DNA from: Malacoraja senta
Taxonomy: Eukaryota
Reading direction: 5' to 3'
Length of the DNA: 64,000 bases
Assembly (NCBI GenBank): GCA_038087875.1
Contig: CM075995.1
Span: forward strand, 7,628,001 to 7,692,000
Made by a program: the position numbers and the translations under genes. The first letter of the stretch is position 1; every line of letters starts with the position of its first letter. A model generated the notes under the pieces. The model saw nothing but the letters and a program-made list of their open reading frames with translations, searched no databases and was not told the origin of the DNA. Below are positions 12,695 through 24,298 of the stretch, one piece after another.

Positions 12695-13175
12695 GATGAG
12701 AAATTGTGTTCAACCAATTGATGACTTATTTGACAAAGTAACTAGCATGTTAGATAACAAGGAAGCCAATGGATGTAGCAAATTTTGTTATACAAAATTA
12801 TACAAAATTTGGTCCGTGAAGTGCCCATAAAAGATTAACGCATTAGATAAGCACCTGTGGACTTGAACGTAATAGGTTATGTCCCAGGGGGTCAGATATG
12901 GGGCTTTCTGTGTGGGCCAGATATATTGTCAATGCAGAGGGGCTAGGAGCAAGGCCAAGTGTGCATCCAAATTCAGTTCTGGAATAGTACTAGGTGTGTA
13001 GTCAAAGGTGGGACAATGGGAGTGTTCAGCACAAGGAATCTAAGCAGGTAAGCAGCTATGATCAGGGTAGAATAGGGGGCCAGGTGTAAGGCTGGACTCG
13101 GGGTTAGGAATGAGAGAAGGTATGCAACCTGGGGTCAGGAGTAGTAATAGGTGTGCAGTGAGACCCAGGTTGGTG

Positions 13176-13990
13176 CCGAGTGGTGGCGCCATCGAAGTGT
13201 GGCAGCATCGCCTGCAGCTGTTCGTATTTTCCATCCTTTAAAAAAATTGTCTGTCAAAAAGTTTTGTTGAGATCTTTTAGTCTTTTTATGTGGGTGGGGG
13301 GGAAACTGTTTTTCACATTCACTACCTGGGTCAAGGATGCGTCTTTCCTCCGAGCCGCATCTTCGCCCCCTCCTCGTGGCCTACCATCTGGATTGGCGCG
13401 GCCTTTCCTGCCGGAGACCGGCCACAGCTTCAGCGGCGGCGCAGCACTGAGGTACCATCGCGGAGCGGGCGATGCCTTACCGAGGTCGCCATGTTGAAGC
13501 TCCGGAGTGCTGGGACTGCCGACTTTAACACTGTGGAGCTGTGGTCTGTGGAGCCTCCAGCTGCGGGCGGCGCTGACTTTGACATCACGGAGGCCTGGGA
13601 TCTTTCGCCGAGGTCGCCAGTGTTGGAGCTCTGCCCAGCTCGGCCTGTGGACATCTGGAGCCACGGTCTCCGGTAGGAAGCGGCCGATTCGGACACTCCA
13701 AGCCGCTGAGAGTGTTCTTCTGATGCCGGAGTACCATCATCCGTCGAGAGGGCCTGAAACATCGGGCCGTCCGCAGCGGTGAATGCGGAGGCCTCAAATA
13801 GGCCCCGACCACGGGTGAACATGAGGAAGAGGACTGAACTTTTATTGCCTTCCCTCACAGTGGGAAACGTTGATTCTGTGGGGGATGTTTTATGTTAAAT
13901 TCTGTAGTGTGCTGTTTATCTTATTTGTGTGCTGCATGGTAACTCAAATTTCACTGCACCAATTGGTGTATGTGACAATAATTGTCCTTT
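13176..13990 (+). mobile_element. GC-rich non-coding retroposon with LINE-type GTGACAATAA tail
   Basis: GC-rich body with internal repeats ending in the AAATTTCACTG...TGACAATAA tail shared with Rex-like 3' ends; similar architecture at 32070-32617 and 50705-51500. Confidence 0.5.
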
Positions 13991-14365
13991 GGTCATCATG
14001 GGCCAAGTGCTTGATTATAATCTGATTTCCATACATGAATACACTAAGATCATTCATGTGCTGCACCTGTTGATCAGAACCTGGCTCTTCTGTGGAATGT
14101 AATTAGGAATGTAATTTAGCCTAACCTTATTCATAGCTAATCCAATTTAAAGCATAAATATTGCATTCAAGTGTAAGTTAAAAGACTCGCTACAGTATGC
14201 ACCAGATTGCACAATTTCAAGCTGAAAATGCAAAAGCTCTCCACCACCCCCTCGGTCGCTATGCTCCTTGCATCTCTTGCAATTTTTCTTGCAAGTTCTC
14301 ACTCCCAACTCTCACCCAATGTTGGCAGCCCTGATATGTCTGTGAGTGTGTGTATATATAATATA

Positions 14366-14759
14366 TCTATATACTATTAAAACTCTGTGTGTGTGTGGAT
14401 GGATGTGTGTGTGGATGTGTTTATTTATTTGTGGGTGTCACATTTGGCCTTTGATTCCTTGCTCCGCCAAAACCACACGCGAAAACTCCGCGATTTTTTC
14501 CATTTCGTTAGACATTACACTTTTACATACCCTAACACACTCCTTATTAGATTTAGACATTTTTATGTACACGTTTTTTAATAAAATCCATCCCCCCCCC
14601 CCCCCACTCACTCATTTTGTCTCCTCCTGCTGGCCAACCACCATAAAGGCTGCTGCTGACCGACTCTGCTCCAAAAATGACGCCATTTCTTTCTTTCGCT
14701 AGCACGGGGTCTGAAGGCACGTTCGGGGTCCAGACCCAAGGGGTCTGCACTTGGTCTAG
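14366..14759 (+). mobile_element. Non-autonomous Helitron
   Basis: 5' TCTATATACTATTAAAA, 3' hairpin CAGACCC-AAG-GGGTCTG then CTAG, inserted between A and T, no TSD. Confidence 0.75.
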
Positions 14760-15556
14760 TAATATATATATATAGTGTGTGTGTGTGTGCATGCGCATAT
14801 ACACATGCTAATTGTGTGTGTGTGTTTATATACATATATATATATATATATGTGCGTGAGTGAGTATATAATAATAATAATTCATTTTATTTGCTGGCGC
14901 CTTTCTAACACCCAAGGACACCTTACAAGACATAAAATCACAAAAATACAAAACACATAGTCGGAATAAATTAAATATAAAAACACCACAATACACAAAT
15001 CAAGGACAGAATTCAATTACAAAAGCACAAAAGAAATCAGAAACACAATTTGAGGAGAGAGCAGCGGCAGCCAAACCGCGCCAGCGTCCACTCTCCCCTC
15101 CGATCGCCATCTTGAACACAGACCAACAAAGACACAGCACACAGAAATCATCCCCCCACAATGACCACCACTGTGGGGGAAGGCACAATGTCCAGTCCCC
15201 AACCCCAGTTCACCCAAAGTCAGGCCCAATGAGGCCTCCGCTATTGCCTCTACGGAGGCCCGATGTTCCTGGCCGTTCTCACCGGGTGATGCTGGCCCGG
15301 CGTCGGGGAGAGTCCTCTAGCGGCTGGGCACCTGGAACGGCCGCATCCCTCACCGGAGGCCGCAGCTTCCGAAGCCGACAAGGCTGCGCCGGTTTGGAGC
15401 TCCAAGGCTCCCGATGTTAAGGTCGACGCCCGCCCGATCCTCTCCACAGTCCCGCTGTGTATATACAATTTGTTGTTCATTATGGTGTTTACAGTGTGCT
15501 ATGTTCACATATGTGTTGTGTTTCTACAAGTAAGAATTTAATTGTTCCATTTAGAA

Positions 15557-15757
15557 CAAGGGTTCCCAAACTAGGGTAAAATTTCACCTACCCAGGGGGG
15601 AAATTTGTTGATTCTGGATTTGTACATATTTTTTCTCATTGACTGACTGTGTTTGGTTCTGGTATATCTGTTCATTATTAGTTGTTAATAAATAACATTA
15701 TTATGTGCTATTAAAGTTGCTAGGGGTAAACGGGACGAAAAAGGTTGGGAACCCCTG
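15557..15757. mobile_element. hAT (Charlie-like) MITE
   Basis: TIR CAAGGGTTCCCAA / TTGGGAACCCCTG; 8-bp TSD ATTTAGAA. Confidence 0.85.
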
Positions 15758-16499
15758 ATTTAGAACACGTGACAATAAAACTCTTGATAATGTTATTAAG
15801 ATTTCTTTAAATAATGAAGAGACAAAATGGTGTATATATGCACTCTGCCAGGGATGGTGGTGGAGGCAGATACAATAGCTGCGCTTAAGGGACGTTTTGG
15901 ATAGGAGCGTGAATATGCAGGGATTGGAGGGGTTTGGATCATGTATAGGCAGATGGGTTTAGCTTAACATCATATTCGGCACGGACATTGTGGGCTGCAG
16001 GGTGTATTCTCGAGTAGTACTTTTCTGTGTTCCATGTTCTATTTCAAATAGGTGGGTTTGGGAGAACCAGGGGGTCAGGATTCAGATAAGAAAGCGTGAA
16101 CGCGTGTTGGCAATGGTTTTATTTGACTAAAATCCTTTATCATTGGTGCCATTTTGATATATCTTCTCTGTAGATCTCAGATTAGAAAGAGAAAAGGAGT
16201 TAATGCGTTTGTTAATATTCCCTGTCAAGGCCGTGTAATCTTTGATATTTGTTTGTGCCCAGATAGGCATTCATTCCACAGTGTTAGATAACCTGTGCTC
16301 TTGAAGCATGTTTCAATAACATTTCATGCAAAGGTGGACCCACTTTTCTAACAACTCTTGAAAATGTTCACTCCCCCTCGCCTGTGTTTACCTTTTACCA
16401 GCTATTGTTTGGTATGCCTATCCTCTCTTCCGGCTTTCTTCCCCCCCCTCCCCTCCCTGCCCCCACCGCACACCCCACCCTGCAATCAGTCTGAAGAAG

Positions 16500-16805
16500 G
16501 GGTGGCACGGTGATGCATCGGTAGAGTTGCTGCCTTACAGCACCAGAGACCCGGGTTTGATCTAGACTACGGGTGATGTCAGGATACCGTTTGCCCGTTC
16601 TCCCTGTGACCACGAGCGTTTTCTCTGGGTGCTCCAGTTTCCTCCCACACTCCAACGATGCACAGAAGTCTGTAGGATAATTGACTTTGGTTAAAAAAAA
16701 TTGTAAATTGTCCCTAGTGTGTAAGATTGAAACTGTACAGGGTGATCGCTGGTCGGCGCGGACTCGGTGTTCCGAAGGGCCTGTTTCCGCGTTATATCTC
16801 TAAAG
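16500..16805 (+). mobile_element. tRNA-derived V-SINE (HE1-like); representative of many copies
   Basis: tRNA-like head, central GGGTGCTCCRGTTTCCTCCCACA domain, CTAAA tail. Other copies near 4410-4700, 5845-6140, 19065-19350, 21995-22295, 27815-28070, 34500-34790, 37285-37790, 42175-42465, 46020-46280 and 61895-62170. Confidence 0.8.
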
Positions 16806-17190
16806 TCGAATGGTTCCCGACCCGAAGCGTCACCTATCCATGTTCTCCAGGGATGCTGCCTGATCTGTTGAGTTATTCCAGCACTTTGTCTTTCTTTGGT
16901 AAATCAGTATCTATCGTTCCTTGTTATTACATTAAAAGTTTCATTATTCTGCTTTGGTACACATGACAGATAATACGCCTGACTCTCTCTTGCCTATTCA
17001 ACTGTAATTATTTATTGGTGGTACCACTCCTGATGCAGGGTCTTGAATCGAAATATAAGCCTTCTCTCTGCCGCTGTAATTATCACTCTGCAAGCATATT
17101 CAACTTTTTCTGGATGGTTGTATCCTCTGAGTTCAGTTTTATTTCTCCAAACCATCTAAATTTAAATGTAGTATTGGATTTTTTTGTAGA

Positions 17191-17690
17191 AGACACAGTA
17201 ACTCAGTGTTGGAGTAACTCAGCGGGTCAGGCAGCATCTGTGGAGAACATGGATAGATGACGTTTCACAGAGTGCTGGAGTAACTCAGCGGGTCAGGCAG
17301 CATCTGTGGAGAACATGGATAGGTGACGTTTCACAGAGTGCTGGGAGTAACTCAGCGGGTCAGGCAGCATCTGTAGAGAACATGGATAGGTGACGTTTCA
17401 CAGAGTGCTGGAGTAACTCAGCGGGTCAGGCAGCATCTGTGGAGAACATGGATAGGTGACGTTTCACAGAGTGCTGGAGTAACTCAGCGGGTCAGGCAGC
17501 ATCTGTGGAGAACACGGATAGGTGACGTTTCACAGAGTGCTGGAGTAACACAGCGGGTCAGGAAGCATCTGTGGAGAACATGGATAGATGACGTTTCACA
17601 GAGTGCTGGAGTAACTCAGCGGGTCAGGCAGGATCTCTGGAGAACATAGTTAGATGACGTTTCAGGTCGCGACCCTTCTTCAGACTGAAG
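17191..17690. repeat. 66-bp tandem array (7 units) derived from a Penelope-associated terminal repeat
   Basis: Junction GTTTCACAGAG at 17262, 17328, 17395, 17461, 17527 and 17593; ends in a complete hammerhead-like core at 17656-17683 (-). Confidence 0.9.
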
Positions 17691-18101
17691 GATCCGGTCC
17701 TGAAACGTCACCCGTCCATGTTCACCAGTAATACAGCCTGACCTGCCGACTTACTCCAGCACTTTCTTTTTTTTTTGTAAACCAGTAAATCAGTATTGTT
17801 TCCTAACATAATCGCAGTGTTCTCCCAAAAATACAAATTCACTTAATTTATGTTTGGGTTTTTGATATCTGCAAGTATATAATACAATGTTAATTCCCGG
17901 GATGGCGGGACTGTCATATGCTAAGAAAATGGAGCGGCTGGGCTTGTACACTCTGGAGTTTAGAAGTATGAGAGGGGATCTTATTGAAACATATAAGATT
18001 GTTATGGGTTTGGACACGCTAGAGGCAGGAAACATGTTCCCGATGTTGGGGGAGTCCAGAACCAGGGGCCACAGTTTAAGAATAAGGGATAGGCCATTTA
18101 G

Positions 18102-18534
18102 TCAAGTCAAGTCACATTTATTTATATAGCACATTTAAAAAACAACTCTCGTTGGCCAAAGTGCTTTACATTTGTTATAAGAATAGTATAAACAAACAAA
18201 CTACATACATATATACATATAGCCCTCGCTCAGAGGACGTCAAGAAAGGCTTGGGAGTACAAATAAGTTTTTAGTCTCGACTTAAAGGAGTCGATGGAGG
18301 GGGCAGTTCTGATGGGAAGAGGGATGCTGTTCCACAGTCTAGGAGCTGCAACCGCAAAGGCGCGGTCGCCCCTGAGCTTATGCCTAGACCGCGGGATATT
18401 CAGCAACCCCAAGTCGGCCGATCTGAGGGACCTGGAGGTGGTGTGGTGGGTGAGCAGACTTTTAATGTAGGTGGGGGCAAGCCCATTGAGGGCTTTGTAG
18501 ACATAAAGGAGGAAAGTGTAGACATAAAGGAGAA
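18102..18534 (-). mobile_element. L2-clade LINE 3' fragment nested in a CR1 fragment (17885-18800, +)
   Basis: YKALNGLAPTYI...RGDRAFAVAAPRLWNSIP...FKSRLKTYLY; (CTTGA)n tail; ATTTAG on both sides. Confidence 0.8.
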
Positions 18535-19352
18535 ATTTAGAACGGAGACGAGGAAACACTTTTTCTCACAGAGAGTTGTGAGTCTGTGGAATTCTCTGCC
18601 TCAGAGGGCGGTGGAGGCCGGTTCTCTGGATACTTTCATGAGAGAGCCTAGATAGGGCTCTTAAAGATAGCGGAGTCAGGGGATAAGGGGAGAAGGCAGG
18701 AACGGGGTACTGATTGGGGATGATCAGCCATGATCACATTGAATGGCGGTGCTGGCTCGCAGGGCCGAATGGCCTACTCCTGCACCTATTGTCTATTGTC
18801 TAAAATTATGAGAAACGAAAATAGGGTAGACAGTCAGAACCTTTTCTCCAGGGTAGAGATGCCCAACACTAAAGGGTCTAGCTATAGGGTGAGAGGAGGT
18901 AAAATTAATGGGGATGTGCGGGGTAGGTTTATTGCACAGGGTGGTGGGTGCCTGGAACACATTGGGGGTGGAGGCAGCTACGATTAGTGATATTTAAGAA
19001 GCTTTTAAATAGGCACATGGAAGAGCAGGGAATAGAGGGATATGCATCACATACAGGCCGATGAAGTTAGTTTAGTTTAGAGATAAAGCGCGGAAACAGG
19101 CCCCTTCAGCCCACTGAGTCCGCGCCAACCAACGATCCCCGCACATTAACACCATCCTACACCCACTCGGGACAATTTTTACATTTATACCAGGCCAATT
19201 AACCTACAAATCTGCGCGTCTTTGCAGTGTGGGGGTAAACCGAAGATCTTGAGGAAAACCCACATAGGTCACGGGGAGAAAGTACAAACTCTGTACAGAC
19301 AGCACCCGTGGTCGGGATCGAACCCGGGTCTCCGGCGTTGCATTCGCTGTAA

Positions 19353-19890
19353 GGTTTGGTCTCCTAATTTGAGGAAGGACATCCTTGTGATTGAGGCAGT
19401 GCGGCGTAGGTTCACGAGATTGATCCCTGGGATGGCGGGACTGTCATATGAGGAAAGATTGAAAAGACTAGGCTTGTATTCACTGGAGTTTAGAAGGATG
19501 AGGGGGAATCTTATAGAAACATATAAAATTATAAAAGGACTGGACAAGCTAGATGCAGAAAAAATGTTCCCAATGTTGGGCGAGTCCAGAACCAGGGGCC
19601 ACAGTCTTAGAATAAAGGGGAGGTCATTTAAGACTGAGGTGAGAAAAAACTTTTTCACCCAGAGAGTTGTGAATTTATGGAATTCCCTGCCACAGAGGGC
19701 AGTGGAGGCCAAGTCACTGGATGGATTTAAGAGAGAGTTAGATAGAGCTCTAGGGGATAGTGGAGTCAAGGGATATGGGGAGAAGGCGGGCACGGGTTAT
19801 TGATAGGGGACGATCAGCCATGATCACAATGAATGGTGGTGCTGGCTCGAAGGGCCGAATGGCCTCCTCCTGCACCTATTTTCTATGTTT
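19353..19890 (+). mobile_element. CR1-like LINE 3' fragment
   Basis: Open frame WSPNLRKDIL...GYGEKAGTGY, 3' UTR and CTATGTTT tail. Confidence 0.85.
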
Positions 19891-20032
19891 CTAACTTCGC
19901 ATCATGCTTGGCACAAACATTGTGGGCCGAAGGGCCCATCCCTTTATCCTTCCATGTTATCCTTTCATAGTTTTGTTTTCTTTTGTTAAAGTATGCTGAT
20001 TGTGGGATTTTTTGCCCCGTGTTTTTTTTTAG

Positions 20033-20166
20033 ATTTGGCCGAATTTCGGGACGTCTTCGCCAAAGCCAAGCACATAACAATTATAACAGGGGCAGGTGCC
20101 AGCGCGGAGAGTGGCGTGCCCACGTTCCGTGGAGCAGGGGGTTTCTGGCGGAAATGGCAAGCCCAG
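20033..20166 (+). CDS. SIRT5: SIRT5 coding exon 2
   Basis: (D)[44 protein letters not shown], containing the sirtuin GAGxSxxxG motif; TTTAG acceptor, CAG|GTATG donor; 134 nt. Confidence 0.97.
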
Positions 20167-22701
20167 GTATGTTCATAGGTAATTGGAGCAGAATTAGGCC
20201 ATTCTGCCCACCAACTCTGCTCCTCCATGCTGACCTATCTTTCCCCCTCAACCCCTATCTCTTGCCTTCTCCCCATAACCCCTGACACCTGTTCTAATCA
20301 AGAATCTGTCAATCGCCACCTTAGAAATAACCATTGACTTGGCCTCCACAGCCGTCTGTGGCAATGAATTCCACAGATTCACCACCCTCTGAGTAAAGTA
20401 ATTCTTCGTCTCCATTCTAAAAGTACATCCTTTAATACTGAGGCTGTGGCCTCTGGTCCTAGACTCTCCCGCTAGTGGAAACATCCACTCCACATCCACT
20501 CTATCCGAGCCTTTCATTATTTGGTAACTTTCATTGAGGTCCCACCTCATCCTTCTAAACTCCGGAGAGTACAGGCCCAGCGCTGTCAAATACTCATCAT
20601 TTGTTAGCCCAATCATGCCTGGAAACCCAATGTGCAGGAAGGAACTGCAGATAGATAGAAAAAACTGGAGTGACTCAGCGGGACGGGCAGCATCTCTGGA
20701 GAGAAGGAACGGGTGATGTTTTGGGTCGAGACCCTTCTCCCGGAAACCCAATCATCCCTGGTGCGAAATAAAGAAGGACCAGTCGCACCCCGGTCACCCC
20801 CTCTTCTCCCCTCTCCCATCAGGCAAGAGGTAATGAGTGTGAAAACACACACTTCCAGATTCAGGGACAATTTCTTCCCAGCTGTTGTCAGGCAACTGAA
20901 CCATCCTATCAACAACTAGAGAGCACTCCTGAGCTACTATCTACCTCATTGAAGATCCTTGGAATATCTTTGATCGGACTTTATTTTGCACTAAACGTGA
21001 TTCATAAGGTCATGTGATAGGAGCAGAATTAGGCCATTTGGCCCATCAAGTCTACTCCGCCATTCATTCATGGCTGTTCTATATCTCCTAACCCCATTCT
21101 CCTGCCTTCTCCCCATAGCCCCTGACAACAAAACTAATCAATATTCACTTTATCATGTATCTGTACATTGTGGACGGCCCGATTGTAATCACGTATTGTC
21201 TTTCCGCTAACTGGATAGCACACGACAAAAGCTTTTCACTGTACCTTGATACACGTGACAACAATCTAAACTAAACTGAGGAATCCTCCATACATCAGAT
21301 TATCTTCTAGGTCAACTATCTGTAATCTTTCACGCCTGTTGATATCCTGATAAGTGTTTTATAACACTTTCCATAGTTGCCATAGAGGGAGTACAGAGAA
21401 GGTTCACCAGACTATTCCTTGGATGGCAGGACTTTCATATGAAGAAAGACTGGATAGACTCGGCTTGTACTCACTAGAATTTAGAAGATTGAGGGGGGAT
21501 CTTATAGAAACTTACAAAATTCTTAAGGGGTTGACAGGCTAGATGCAGGAAGATTATTCCCGATGTTGGGGAAGTCCAGAACAAGGGGTCACAGCTTAAG
21601 GATAAGGGGGAAATCTTTTAGGACCGAGATGAGAAAATCATTTTTCACACAGAGAGTGGTGAATCTGTGGAATTCTCTGCCACAGAAGGTAGTTGAAGGC
21701 AGTTCATTGGCTATATTTAAGAGGGAGTTAGATGTGGCCCTTGTGGCTAAATGGATCAGGGGTATGGAGAGAAGGCAGGTACAGGATACTGAGTTGGATG
21801 ATCAGCCATGATCATATTGAATGGCAGTGCAGGCTCGAAGGGCCGAAAGTCCTACTCCTGCACCTATTTTCTATGTTTCTATAATGTTTTTAGTAATCTA
21901 TACTGCAGACGCACATTTCAACAACATGGTACAGGTTCTCACATTTGTAAGAAGAGATTTGCAATCCAGGTATAAAAGGCTGAGGATAGCTGTAGGGCAG
22001 CACAGTGGCGTAGTGGTAGTGATGCTGCTTTACAGCGCCGAGGATGTGGGTTTGATCCTGGTGACATGCCCTGTCTGTACGGAGTTTGTACGCTCTCCCC
22101 GTGACTCCGTGGGTTTTCCCCGGACGTCCAGTTTCCTCCCACACTCCAAAGGCGTGCAGGTTTGTAGGTTAATTGGCTTTGGTAAAGATTGTAAATTGTC
22201 CCTAGTGTGTGCAGGATAGTGCTGGTGTACTGGGTGATCGCTGGTCAGCATGGGCTGGTCGCTATGTTTCTGCGTTGAATCTCTAAACTAAATTAAACAT
22301 TAGCTAATAGCCTTGCTCATGAAATCTACATTTTATTATTATTACTTATCAGATTATAATAGTCAGATAATAAAATGCTTGCAGATTTTATTACTAATAA
22401 TGAAATTAGGCACTGATTGCGGATTTTGAATGCCAGCAATATTTTAATTTAAAGTAAGTGCTGTTATAAAACACTAAGAAATGTCTACCAATGCTGCATT
22501 TTTTCCATTTTGTTTCATGGTACATTGTGGTGTTATTGGATGATCTGAATTATTTTCCCAACTTGGACTTGCACCTATTTCTCCCCTCCTCCTCCACCTA
22601 CATTCCTTCTTCCAGCTTCATTTAGCTTGTTCCATACACCCACCACTCGAAGAAGTTACCCTTAGATGCCTATTAAATATTTTCCCCTTCACCTTAATCC
22701 T

Positions 22702-23043
22702 ATAATAATAATGATAATAATGGATGGGATTTATATAGCGCCTTTCTAATACTCAAGGCGCTTTACATCGCATTATTCATTCACTCCTCAGTCACACTCG
22801 GTGGTGGTGAGCTACTTCTGTAGCCACAGCTGCCCTGGGGGAAGACTGACGGAAGCGTGGCTGCTAATCTGCGCCTACGGCCCCTCCGACCATCAATCAC
22901 TCACACACATTCACACACATTCACACGCAGGCAAAGGTGGGTGAAGTGTCTTGCCCAAGGACACAACGACAGTATGCACTCCAAGCGGGATTCGAACCAG
23001 CTACCTTCCGGTTGCCAGCCAAACACTTAGCCCATTGCGCCAT
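22702..23043 (-). mobile_element. tRNA-derived CORE-type SINE with L2-like tail
   Basis: B box GGTTCGAATCC, CORE-like GTGTCCTTGGGCAAGACACTTCACCC, tail AAAGCGCC...GGCGCTATATAAAT and (ATT)n. Confidence 0.7.
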
Positions 23044-24072
23044 CTATGTCCTCTGGTCCTTGATTCACCTACTCTGGGCAAAAGACTCAATCTATTCCTC
23101 TCGTGATTTAAAAAAAAAGTATAATATTTTTATTAGAAGCATATACATATCATAATCAAAACACATTTTGTTTATCAATTACATATTGTTAATAGTTGGG
23201 ATCCCAGCTATCAAAATAGTTGGGGTCCTCATTTATCAATTACATATTAACACAGCTTCTATTTGTTTTTGTTTTTTATAGATAGGAAGAAAGGAGAAAA
23301 AAAAAAGCGATTACAAAAAAATAGAATATATTACCAATAATACAACTTTGGAGATAGGTCCGTAGATTCTAAAACATAACTATTCATCTAATCCTAGGTT
23401 CAAGTTTCAGTCAGGCTGCCGTGCTGGACCAATTTACCCGCTCAGAAAATCAATAAATGGAGTCCTCTCGCGATTTTGAATGAATGAAGGCCTTTATTTG
23501 TCATTGTAAGCACTGCATACAATAAAATTATTATTGCCACTCCATTGGTGCATAATATACTAACATAAAAAACACAGGACACAATTTATAAACAAGGTTA
23601 TAAAACTAGGTATCAAGATTAATAAATAATCAGTATTGCACATGGTGATAGTAAAGAGCGAGGTGGGTAGCAGCATGGAAGATTGCAAGATGAATAATAC
23701 TCAGTGTTTTTTCAAATTGAGTGTGCAGATTGCTTTGGGGAAGAAACTGTCTCTGAGTCTGGAGATGCGTGTTTTGGCTGACCTGTAACGCCTGCCAGAG
23801 GGCAACAGCTTTATACACCTCTATAAGATCACCCCTCATCCTCCTGCGCTTCAGGGAATAGAGTCCCAGCCTGCTAAAACTCTCCCTACAGCTCAGACCC
23901 TCGAGTCCTGACACCATCCTCGCAAATCCTCTCTGCACCCTTTCCAGCTTGATGACATCCTTCATATAGCACGGTGCCCAGGACTGAACACACAATACTC
24001 TAAATGAGGTCTAAATAAGGTACATTTTTTCTCTGCCCCCCCCCCCCCCCCCCCCCCCTTTTCCATGAACAG

Positions 24073-24298
24073 GATCTGGCGACCCCAGAAGCGTTTTCAC
24101 GGAATCCTTCCCGGGTTTGGGAATTCTATCACTACCGGCGCGAGCTGATGCTGAGCAAGCAGCCGAACCCCGCACACGCAGCGATTGCCGACTGCGAGGC
24201 CAGGCTCAGCAAGCAAGGCCGCAAGGTCGTGGTTATCACGCAGAACATCGACGAGCTGCACAAAAGGGCGGGATCAAAAGATATTCATGAAATTCACG
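24073..24298 (+). CDS. SIRT5: SIRT5 coding exon 3
   Basis: [26 protein letters not shown]...[21 protein letters not shown](G): class III YxxR succinyl-pocket residues, QNID motif and catalytic His; 226 nt. Confidence 0.98.

Larger units (their letters stand above)
8339..14333. mobile_element. ~6-kb hAT-like DNA element with nested insertions
   Basis: TIR CAGAGCTGCCAAC / GTTGGCAGCCCTG (12/13 match); ATATGT on both flanks (8333-8338, 14334-14339); no transposase ORF recognised. Confidence 0.6.

Noticed and set aside
17191..17690. CRISPR-like regular repeats
   Set aside because: Units are near-identical with no unique spacers, there are no cas genes and the context is eukaryotic.
22970..23043. 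tRNA gene
   Set aside because: The tRNA-like head is fused to a SINE body and tail with no convincing acceptor stem.
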